NCBI GenBank assembly: GCA_964247625.1
Contig: CAXTVA010000003.1
Location: 228,849-292,848 of the forward strand
DNA from: an uncultured Acidobacteriaceae bacterium
GTDB taxonomy: Bacteria > Acidobacteriota > Terriglobia > Terriglobales > Acidobacteriaceae
DNA length: 64,000 nt
Direction of reading: 5' to 3'
In this document: positions 47,928 through 55,428 of the stretch, one piece after another
Numbering within the stretch: the stretch's first letter is position 1
Layout: each line of letters starts with the position of its first letter
Position numbers and translations under genes: made by a program
Notes under the pieces: model-generated
The model's input: only the letters and a program-made list of their open reading frames with translations
What the model was told of the DNA's origin: nothing
The model's database searches: none

Positions 47928-48890
47928 ATGAACACCGCTGAACACAGATCCATCAATACGAGAACACTTCGCTTTCACGAATACGGCAGGCCGGAGGATG
48001 TGCTCCGTTTGGAGGAGGCTGAGCTTCCTGCTCCACGTCAGAAGAACATTCGAGTGCGCGTTAACGCCTGTGGTCTGAACCCGGCCGATTGGGCATTGTG
48101 TCAGGGGCTCTACGCCGGCCTCATGCCACGTGGAGTCGGACTGGACGTCTCCGGAACCGTCGAGTCGATTGGCGAGGGTGTTCAGGATGTCGCGGTCGGC
48201 GACGCTGTTCTTGGACGCGTCGATTTCACCGAGTACACCAGTGCCGGCGCAGCAGACTACGCAGTTCTGAACTACTGGGCGAAACTCCCGTCCGGCCTGG
48301 ACTTCTTGCAGGCAGCAGCGCTGCCGATGGCCGTCGAGACCGCATATCGAAGCCTCGACAACCTAGGGCTCACCGCTGATCAAAGCATTCTGATTCACGG
48401 GGCAGGAACCATGGTGGGCTTTGCGGCTGTCCAGATGGCGCTGATGCGTGGCGCCCGTGTCACCGCGACCGCCGGTTCTACCTTTGCGGATCGCTTACGC
48501 ACGCTTGGCGCAACAGTGACTCCCTACGGCAATGGCCTGGTCGATCGCGTGCTGCAGATCGTCGGTGGCTCACCGGACCTGGTTCTAGACGCCGCTCCGC
48601 CCAGCGGTGTCCTTCCTGACCTTGTCAGCATTTCAGGCGATCCAAAGCATGTGCTGACCATCACCGATTTCGCCACCGCGAAAGAGCTCGGCGTCCGAGA
48701 CAGCTTGAGCGAGGACATGACGATGCGATTCGACATTTTAGGCAAGTTCGCTCAACTCGCAGCAGAAAGGAAGTTCGAGGTGCCAGTGGCCCGCGTATTC
48801 CCCCTCGAAGAGTGGCGCTCAGCGCTCGAACTCAGTCAAGGTCAAAGCCCGCGTGGCAAGGTCATGCTTTCACTGCGTGCGATCGCCTAA
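47928..48890 (+). CDS. NADP-dependent MDR-family oxidoreductase (quinone oxidoreductase-like)
   Basis: ATG at 47928 follows AGGAG. It has a GroES-like N-domain and a Rossmann motif (ILIHGAGTMVGFAAVQ). It is divergent from the AraC gene. Confidence 0.8.
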   Translation: MNTAEHRSINTRTLRFHEYGRPEDVLRLEEAELPAPRQKNIRVRVNACGLNPADWALCQGLYAGLMPRGVGLDVSGTVESIGEGVQDVAVGDAVLGRVDFTEYTSAGAADYAVLNYWAKLPSGLDFLQAAALPMAVETAYRSLDNLGLTADQSILIHGAGTMVGFAAVQMALMRGARVTATAGSTFADRLRTLGATVTPYGNGLVDRVLQIVGGSPDLVLDAAPPSGVLPDLVSISGDPKHVLTITDFATAKELGVRDSLSEDMTMRFDILGKFAQLAAERKFEVPVARVFPLEEWRSALELSQGQSPRGKVMLSLRAIA

Positions 48891-49183
48891 AGTCCATCCC
48901 GCACGCGCTCCCTGTGGGGCGCTTGCGATGGGTACCTGACGCTCTTCCTTCAGCGACCTAGGAAGCTCGGGAGATGCGCGTCAGAAAAGTAGGGTTCTCA
49001 GGCCAGCTCATATCTGCTCGGTGCGGGCATCGGCCTGTTCTCGCCATTGAGACGCCTGGGCTGATCGCTCCGAGGTGTGTCGACTTGGAATCTCACGAAG
49101 TGAGGTCTAGGTCCACGCTGAGGAGGGAAGATGCACGCTGCCAGCGAATGCTCCGTCGCCCAGGATGCGATCATAAGGGGAGT

Positions 49184-50470
49184 ATGCGCGAACCGGCCCA
49201 CCAGTTCTTCGTGCCTCTCACGGCAAAACGCGTGGCGGCGGGTCTGCTCTTCGCACTGCTACCTGCTTTCAATGCGGGCTGCAGCAACGGGGGAACGGTC
49301 CCAACCGCACCGACCACATTCACCTTACAACTGCAGCCGGCAAGCCCGGTGCTGACCGTTGCGCAGCGAGCGTCACTGGGTTTGATTGACGGGCCGCCGG
49401 ATGGGACGCTTGGGGTGCTGCTGACGAATGGGACGTACAGCTTCTACGGGGCGGGGCTGGGCGGAACAAACTGTGCGGGGACGCCGAAGGTGCAGGGGAC
49501 CTATCGGTTTGGCGGGAGTTTCACGGCTATCACAGCGCCTTACGGATGTGCGGCGCTCATCCAGCCCGGCGGCGATCCGAATGGGTACACCTTTGACACC
49601 AACTACGCCGGCGGAGGGCCTGTGCTTTCGGTGACCAGTTCTACGGGGCAGGCCGGCGTGCTGCACGTCTACCATGGAGAGTTTCATGGCGGTACGTGCG
49701 GGACGGGGACCTGCACCTACGCTTCGCTCGGAATGGCGCTTTCCAAAGACGGCGGAGCGACGTTTCAGAAGCTCGGAGAGATCGTGCAACCCTATGTGAC
49801 GCGGAGCACGCAGATCAACTCGGGAGTAGAGACTCAAGTAGGCGGCGGCACGCTGGTGCTGGCGGATGGAGACGGGCACCACATTACGAATGTGAGCACC
49901 ACCGATCCTTCCACGGTGTATCTCTACCTCTTCTATTACGACGCGGACCCGTCTGCGGCCTCGCCGTGCAACACGGGTCAGTGTCTCGCCGTGGCGCGGG
50001 CGCAGCTTTCCGCCGTGCTCACCGCGGCGTTCACAGGCAATACGGCGGCGTTCCCGGCGTTGTTCACGAAGTATTACAACAACGGCTGGACACAACCGGC
50101 TACGAGCGGAGATCCCAATGCCGCCGCCAACTCGGGACACTACACTCCCGTGATCGCCGCTACGGGCGCATTTCCGAGTGTTATTTACGACAGCACGACA
50201 CAGCAATACCTGATTGCCTATGCGGCGGCAAATCACACATCAATTACGATGCAACACGGTTCCAGCCTCTTGTCGTGGTCCGGTCCCATATCGACGGGAG
50301 TCGTTACGGACGGCACCAATGCGGTTCTCTATCCGACCTTGGTCGGTGAGGGTAGCGATCCAACGACCAGCTCCGGCGAACCGTGGCTGTTCTATCTGGA
50401 TGCGACCACGTGGCCCGACTGGGCTGCTGCAACGATCATGAACCGCCGTGTGCAGCTTAGTTTGCAGTAG
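49184..50470 (+). CDS. hypothetical lipoprotein, possibly a beta-propeller glycosidase-like protein
   Basis: ATG at 49184 follows AAGGGGAG. It has a lipobox LLPAFNAGC and one Asp-box-like SKDGGATF. It is Gly/Thr-rich. I cannot assign a family. Confidence 0.6.
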   Translation: MREPAHQFFVPLTAKRVAAGLLFALLPAFNAGCSNGGTVPTAPTTFTLQLQPASPVLTVAQRASLGLIDGPPDGTLGVLLTNGTYSFYGAGLGGTNCAGTPKVQGTYRFGGSFTAITAPYGCAALIQPGGDPNGYTFDTNYAGGGPVLSVTSSTGQAGVLHVYHGEFHGGTCGTGTCTYASLGMALSKDGGATFQKLGEIVQPYVTRSTQINSGVETQVGGGTLVLADGDGHHITNVSTTDPSTVYLYLFYYDADPSAASPCNTGQCLAVARAQLSAVLTAAFTGNTAAFPALFTKYYNNGWTQPATSGDPNAAANSGHYTPVIAATGAFPSVIYDSTTQQYLIAYAAANHTSITMQHGSSLLSWSGPISTGVVTDGTNAVLYPTLVGEGSDPTTSSGEPWLFYLDATTWPDWAAATIMNRRVQLSLQ

Positions 50471-50527
50471 GCACTCGCGGCTGCGGCGCGGCACCTTCCT
50501 TGGTTCGGTGATCCTAGCGTCCGGTCA

Positions 50528-51550
50528 TTAGAGCAATGTGTGGCGGATGCTGTGAGCTGCGAGACCGTAGCTTGCATTTGTGAGGAAGTCCTGTCCCCAT
50601 GGCGTTAAGTTCGCGAACGTACCATCCACACTTAGTTGGCGATCGTCGCTGTCATCCGGTCCCCAAGACCAGGCGAGCCATCCAATCTCGTGGTGGAAGC
50701 ATGTTCCCAGCAGCGCCTGGTAAGTAAATCCATTTTCGGCGGCTGGCCACGGATTGTTTCCGTTTGCATCAAGCGAGATGTAGGTATTGGGATCGTCCCC
50801 GTCCTCGATATTAGACATCTCACCAAAAACGATCGGAAGACCGGCGGAGACACAGGCATTAATCTTGTCCAGACCGTCATACTCGGCCCAATAGGCATGA
50901 GCGCTAAGAAGTATATTCTGAAGTGGATCGGCCCCAATGAACTGCTCACCTACTTTGAGGAACACATCCAGCGTGCTGCCACAATCGGTGGCGTCGATCA
51001 TCAGCGGAACGCTAAGACCAGCTGAGCGGATGCTCTTGATGGCAGTTGTGTAGTCGGATGCATATGCGACGAGTGCGTCATCTGGATCGCCTGTCCAGCG
51101 AGACTTACCCACCTCACTGCCTATGTTAATGATGAGATATGCTGCGTGTTTTTGCAGCACGGCGACTACGTCGGGCCTTGTCCACCAGGTAACCAGGACG
51201 GAATTTAACTGACTCGTGTCTAGAGAGCATGTAAGATCCGCGAGCATAAGAATCGGGACCATCTTGGCCTTGGCACATCGCAGCAGAAAACCGTCGAGGT
51301 CAGATAGTGTGTAGGGCCCTCTCTGCTGTGGAGTGGGATCATCCTGCGTGGGCTGTACCGGCGGATAAGTGACGTACCACTGGATCCGGATTGCATTGGC
51401 GCCAGATTGGGCTACGGCATTGAGGTAGTCCGATGCCGGGAACTGCCAGTCATCCAGCAAGGGAAGATTGATGCCGCGAAGGATGAGCTTGGCGCCGGAG
51501 CGCGTGTACAAGTGCCGGCCGGATACATACAGACTCGCCTTCGTCGCCAT
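50528..51550 (-). CDS. glycoside hydrolase family 5-like enzyme without signal peptide
   Basis: 340 aa. ATG follows GGAGGGAG. The N-terminus LYVSGRHLYTRSGAKLILRGINL is typical of the start of GH5 catalytic domains. The putative acid/base is in IGSEVG and the putative nucleophile is in FGEMS. An in-frame stop lies 11 codons upstream of the ATG. Confidence 0.65.
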   Translation of the reverse strand: MATKASLYVSGRHLYTRSGAKLILRGINLPLLDDWQFPASDYLNAVAQSGANAIRIQWYVTYPPVQPTQDDPTPQQRGPYTLSDLDGFLLRCAKAKMVPILMLADLTCSLDTSQLNSVLVTWWTRPDVVAVLQKHAAYLIINIGSEVGKSRWTGDPDDALVAYASDYTTAIKSIRSAGLSVPLMIDATDCGSTLDVFLKVGEQFIGADPLQNILLSAHAYWAEYDGLDKINACVSAGLPIVFGEMSNIEDGDDPNTYISLDANGNNPWPAAENGFTYQALLGTCFHHEIGWLAWSWGPDDSDDRQLSVDGTFANLTPWGQDFLTNASYGLAAHSIRHTLL

Positions 51551-52141
51551 ACTCCCTCCGACTTGTTTTGAGTACTTCCCTCAACACGCAGTAGTCATCG
51601 CGGGATCTTTGAGTCAATGCGCGTTTAACGGCGTGGCGCCGGCGCGTACGACGATAGCTAATCCCAACAGGAACATCTCATGCCACCAAAGCTTTGTCAT
51701 TCGAGTACGTCTCTCATTCAAATCAGGAACTACTCGTCACCTAACTGAAGATACTCCGTACTACTGGCAGACACCGGTCGGCGATGTCTTTCCGCACCTA
51801 CACACAAATTACCGGTGTCCTTAGAGACCACTTGGCGCAGCTGCAGCTAGCATCGAGCTCCCTAACCTGCTCTGGGGGCACCTTGCGGCGGCCTCGACGC
51901 AACCCCAGTCTGCACCCAAGAACCCACCCTCGGGTGTAGGAGCTTGTCGGGTGGAGAGCGTCACGCACAGGCCGTTCATGGTGCTTGCGGCGGCTGGCAC
52001 CCGCATCATGAGACGAAGGGCTTGGCTCCCGCCCTGGAGCAGACGCTCATCGACAAGCAAGAACTGAGGTGGCTCAGGCTAGCGAACGTTGTAGCGGACA
52101 GAGAGTCGTTTGGTTTCCGGCCCGGAGGAGCGCCCTTGTGA

Positions 52142-52717
52142 TCAGGTGGTGGCGAGTGGCGGCCCGAGGCGCTCGATGCCAAAGGCACGAGCGCGGGCGG
52201 CGTCGGTGGCGTAGGAGCGCCCGCCATTCTGATCCTGATAGTTGAAGTATTCCTCCATGCGTCCGGCAGGAGCGTAGGTGATGAGCATGCGACCGTCTGT
52301 GGCGCCGACGAACGCGAAGGAGTGGGGGATGCCCCGGGGACCGAGGACGGAGTCGCCAGGGTGCAGGGTATAGAGGGTGTTGCCGACCATGACGCGGTAC
52401 TCCCCGTCGAGGACGTAGAAGAACTCGTCTTCGACAGTGTGGCGGTGGAGGGGAGGGCCGCCCTTGGCAGTGTGGTGGTGCTCCATGGCAAAGAAGTCGT
52501 TGCGGCACTCGGCGGAGGAGACTTTGAAGGTGGTAGTGCCATTGGGAAGAGCACGCTTGACGGCGTAGCGGTCCTCTTCGCGCGCCAGAGGTTTGAGGGT
52601 GGGGACTGGATTGAGGGCTGTCGTGGACTGCGCGGCGGCGAGGGGCCGGGCGAGGGTGGCCGCAGGAAGCAGGGCGGCGGCCGAGCGCAGGAAGGAGCGG
52701 CGTGGAAGCTTGAGCAT
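52142..52717 (-). CDS. Tat-signal cupin-domain protein
   Basis: 191 aa. It has a twin-arginine signal (MLKLPRRSFLRSAAALLPAATLA) and a cupin core (GGPPLHRHTVEDEFFYVLDGEY...PGDSVLGPRGIPHSF). Confidence 0.75.
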   Translation of the reverse strand: MLKLPRRSFLRSAAALLPAATLARPLAAAQSTTALNPVPTLKPLAREEDRYAVKRALPNGTTTFKVSSAECRNDFFAMEHHHTAKGGPPLHRHTVEDEFFYVLDGEYRVMVGNTLYTLHPGDSVLGPRGIPHSFAFVGATDGRMLITYAPAGRMEEYFNYQDQNGGRSYATDAARARAFGIERLGPPLATT

Positions 52718-53166
52718 GAAGGCACCTTTGCCGTTGGTAATGGCGAAGCGCGGCCCGGTGGAGAGGAGTAGTGTAGCGCGGACCGGTGTGGTGCTTGGGG
52801 GATCGTCCCGGTAGAACCCCGATCTTAGGGCGAAGGTGAGATTGTCGCGGGCGCGTTGACGGTGCCGGAGCTCTCTCCACTCGGGGCTGCTTGGAACCGG
52901 ACTTACGGGCTTGCTTGGAATTGCGCGTCCAAGACTCTGCTAGTCGTCATTGAGCCGGCAGGACCCTTCCTCGTTGAGGTCGCGGGCAGGAAGGGTAGTG
53001 ACGCCTTTTCGCCGGACGGGAGGCGGGGAGCGAGGCTATGGCGGGGGAAGAGGGCGTGCGCTTGAGGTAGCCGGATGTTCGCAACCGGGGGAAGACACTT
53101 CAGCCATAGCGGCCTTACAATTCGTTTAGCCGCTTTAGCTAAACTGCTGTATCAACGAGGGATGTG

Positions 53167-53242
53167 TGGAGCCGACGAACGGACTTGAACCGTTGACCTG
53201 CTGATTACGAATCAGCTGCTCTACCAACTGAGCTACGTCGGC
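53167..53242 (-). tRNA. tRNA-Thr, anticodon CGU, with encoded CCA
   Basis: Manual cloverleaf: GCCGACG/TA/GCTC-AGTTGGTA-GAGC/A/GCTGA-TTCGTAA-TCAGC/AGGTC/AACGG-TTCAAGT-CCGTT/CGTCGGC/T/CCA. All stems are perfect Watson-Crick. Confidence 0.95.
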
Positions 53243-53254
53243 GAAACCTCTCGT

Positions 53255-53283
53255 ATTCTAGCGACTCGCAGCTTATCGCGCAA
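53255..53283 (-). promoter_or_regulatory. candidate promoter of tRNA-Thr
   Basis: The minus strand reads TTGCGC (53283-53278), a 17-nt spacer, then TAGAAT (53260-53255). The -10 element ends 12 nt upstream of the tRNA 5' end. Confidence 0.45.
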
Positions 53284-53335
53284 AAGGTCTCGCGCGGCGG
53301 GCGAGCGGATGCTGCTGCGGTGACCGTCGCAGACC

Positions 53336-53491
53336 TCAGAGATCGCGAGCAGAGACCCGCAGTCCGTCGACCGACGATGGCTCGTGGTGTTCACCTTTTT
53401 GCTCGCGCTCCCGCCGCTCGAACGAGCTCGCCAGAAGACAGGGTCCAAGGAACATGACGATGAAGATGACGACTGTGAGTGCGTGGTGCAT
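53336..53491 (-). CDS. hypothetical 51-aa single-TM protein
   Basis: The ATG at 53491 is preceded by GGAGGG with a 7-nt spacer. The product is MHHALTVVIFIVMFLGPCLLASSFERREREQKGEHHEP..., one TM helix followed by a charged tail. I know of no homology. Confidence 0.4.
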   Translation of the reverse strand: MHHALTVVIFIVMFLGPCLLASSFERREREQKGEHHEPSSVDGLRVSARDL

Positions 53492-53651
53492 TGGATAACC
53501 CTCCGCGGCGGAGAGCGTTCTGCGCCTCCTCCGTACCCGGGTCATCGGCACGCACGGTGAAGTCTGCTTCGTTGTCTCGATTCAGGACATCTGACGAATG
53601 ATTTCGCCCCACCATCGATCCATCGGTAGGAGTCTCCGCGTGCGAGGTTCA

Positions 53652-53698
53652 CACCAAAAGAAAGAGAAGGCCGCCTGGCAACGAGTGGCGGCCTTCTC
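53652..53698 (-). terminator. canonical intrinsic terminator
   Basis: It has a perfect 12-bp stem GAGAAGGCCGCC / GGCGGCCTTCTC and an 11-nt loop. On the minus strand it is followed immediately by TTTCTTTTGGTGT. Confidence 0.8.
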
Positions 53699-53744
53699 GC
53701 TAGGGAGAATAGTTCCAACGGAGGCAAAGCCATCAGAACTTTCT
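53652..53744 (-). ncRNA. candidate ~90-nt small RNA (promoter-to-terminator unit)
   Basis: It is bounded by the promoter at 53751-53779 and the terminator at 53652-53698. The body contains an unpaired GCCUCCG inside an AGUUC/GAACU stem-loop. No credible ORF is present. Confidence 0.5.
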
Positions 53745-53750
53745 GGCGAA

Positions 53751-53779
53751 ATAGTAAGTTTGGCGCAAAGGGGTGTCAA
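53751..53779 (-). promoter_or_regulatory. near-consensus sigma70-type promoter
   Basis: The minus strand reads TTGACA (53779-53774), a 17-nt spacer, then TACTAT (53756-53751). The predicted TSS is near A53744. Confidence 0.5.
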
Positions 53780-53998
53780 GCGGGAAAGGAATCACGCCTA
53801 AGATCTTCATATGAGGGGACTTATCTTAAGTTAGGGATGCTCGCCTGCGTGTCACGAATTCGCCTTTTCTTCGTAATCAATAGACTCTACTCTGCGTTGA
53901 ATGTGCAGCTTACGGGTTCGGATGCACCGAAAGCAGGGCGCTCGCTGTGTGAGCCTACGCCCGAGAGATGACTTCGATCCTACTGTCGTAACGACACC

Positions 53999-55255
53999 TC
54001 AGAGGGAGGGATCGTTCGTTCCCGACGACTCCGTCCCGCCCGCCCGCTGTCCAGCGAGGTTCAGCCGCAGGAACTCCGGCTCGGTGGCCGCAGGCTTCCC
54101 CATCATGACCCGGATCGACGCTCGCCCGAAGCCGAGAAAGGCTCCCAGCAGTATTGCGGCCAGCCCCGCTACGCCGCTGAAGGTGGCGATACTGACCAGC
54201 AGGCTCGCTGTCTTGCGCACCTCGACGTGGAACTCCGGCGGCACCGGCTTGTCGAGCGTGACGTCCAGGCGTAGATGGATGTTCTCCACCAGCTCCTGCG
54301 CCTCAGCCGCCGAGAAGCTCCCAGTCGCCAGCAGAACCAGCGGGCCCTCTCGCCGCAGCTTTACGGTCTGCGCGCCTGCCGCATGGATTCCCGTCGCCAG
54401 CTGCATCACTGGCCCATCCGGCGGCAGCTTTACCTCTGTCGTGCTGGCCTGCGTGCCCGCTTTGCTGTTCAGGTAGGCCTCGATCGCGCGCCCACGCTCG
54501 GCTGCGATCTGCGGCGTCGGAAACAGCAGCAGGGTCAGAACGCCCGAGCCACTTCGCTCCGCATAGTTCGCTGTGATCGCCTCCGCTGCCTTCTCGAAGC
54601 CGATGAGGTCGGCCGGGAGCACCCCGTGCGTCGCCGCATACCCTGCTGGCCCGAGCGCATACCGCACGGAACCTGCCTCGAGCCCGTGCGCCGGCACCAA
54701 GGTCGGCAACAGCGCCGGCAGACCCTGCCGTCCGCCGACCTTCGGCAGCCGCTGGATGATCTCCCGCAACACCGCATCCCGCGTTCCGCGCGTTGGCAGC
54801 GTTGCCATCACCACGGAGACGCCCGACTGCAGCACCACATCGTTGCCGCTTACCGAGCCGGTCGCCGCGATCCCCGGCGGCAGCGCTCCGGCTCCCGTTT
54901 TCTGCAAGAGTGTGTACGCTGCAAGCGCGCCTGTCGCGTCGCCAAACCGATACGCCCGTATACTCGCCGGCTCACCCGGGCCGTAGCTCGCCGAGGCCCA
55001 CTGTGTCAGGCCATCTTCCTTCAACACCGCGGCGGCCTCACCCGCATCGGCAGGTACACCCGATCCCATCTGTGGCTCGCCCGTCATGTGCAGGGATCCG
55101 GCAGTCTGCGGCAGCAACGGAGTGGGCGGCTCTACCAGCGTCGTCTTGCCCTGCTGTGCCGAGGCTGCGGCCCCGCCGCCGCTTACGAGCACGATTACGA
55201 GAGAGATCGCGCGCAGACTGCGCCAAACCAGCGGTGTGGGAGGAGAAACGCCCAT
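53999..55255 (-). CDS. hypothetical exported protein with C-terminal TM anchor
   Basis: ATG at 55255 gives MGVSPPTPLVWRSLRAISLVIVLVSGGGAAASA. A C-terminal hydrophobic helix (LLVSIATFSGVAGLAAILLGAFLGF) is present. It lies 173 nt downstream of the amidase gene on the same strand. I recognise no family. Confidence 0.6.
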   Translation of the reverse strand: MGVSPPTPLVWRSLRAISLVIVLVSGGGAAASAQQGKTTLVEPPTPLLPQTAGSLHMTGEPQMGSGVPADAGEAAAVLKEDGLTQWASASYGPGEPASIRAYRFGDATGALAAYTLLQKTGAGALPPGIAATGSVSGNDVVLQSGVSVVMATLPTRGTRDAVLREIIQRLPKVGGRQGLPALLPTLVPAHGLEAGSVRYALGPAGYAATHGVLPADLIGFEKAAEAITANYAERSGSGVLTLLLFPTPQIAAERGRAIEAYLNSKAGTQASTTEVKLPPDGPVMQLATGIHAAGAQTVKLRREGPLVLLATGSFSAAEAQELVENIHLRLDVTLDKPVPPEFHVEVRKTASLLVSIATFSGVAGLAAILLGAFLGFGRASIRVMMGKPAATEPEFLRLNLAGQRAGGTESSGTNDPSL

Positions 55256-55428
55256 GATTAAGCCTACCACCGCACTGGGCCCGCTCCGCCGCGCTCGCAT
55301 CGCATCCACAAACCGCCCGTCTAACCCGACCCTTGCGAAGAGAAAACAACATCATCATCACTGGCAGTTCTGACGAGCCCGCGCCGCGAAGGTCACTTTG
55401 CATTGCGCGCCATGCACAGACACGGTCG

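Noticed and set aside
51551-52141. 590-bp gap between the GH5-like and cupin genes, examined for a hidden gene, pseudogene or structured RNA (tmRNA, SRP, RNase P, 6S).
   Set aside because: The ORFs here (51468..51824+, 51821..52060-, 51944..52141+) give implausible peptides with no RBS. None of the RNA family hallmarks I know are present, such as a tRNA-like acceptor or the SRP GGAA/AGCA motifs. It is left unannotated.
46249-53242. Calling the lower-GC block a tRNA-Thr-integrated genomic island or mobile element.
   Set aside because: No integrase, transposase, phage or conjugation gene is present. By eye I could not find a direct repeat of the tRNA-Thr 3' end (TGGAGCCGACGAACGGACTTGAACC) near 46.3 kb or elsewhere in the block. 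It is kept only as a compositional observation.
53542-53733. 63-aa ORF (MALPPLELFSLARRPPLVARR...) across the sRNA candidate.
   Set aside because: It has no RBS and an Arg/Pro-rich product. It also reads straight through a canonical 12-bp terminator stem and U-tract. A non-coding transcript is the better explanation.
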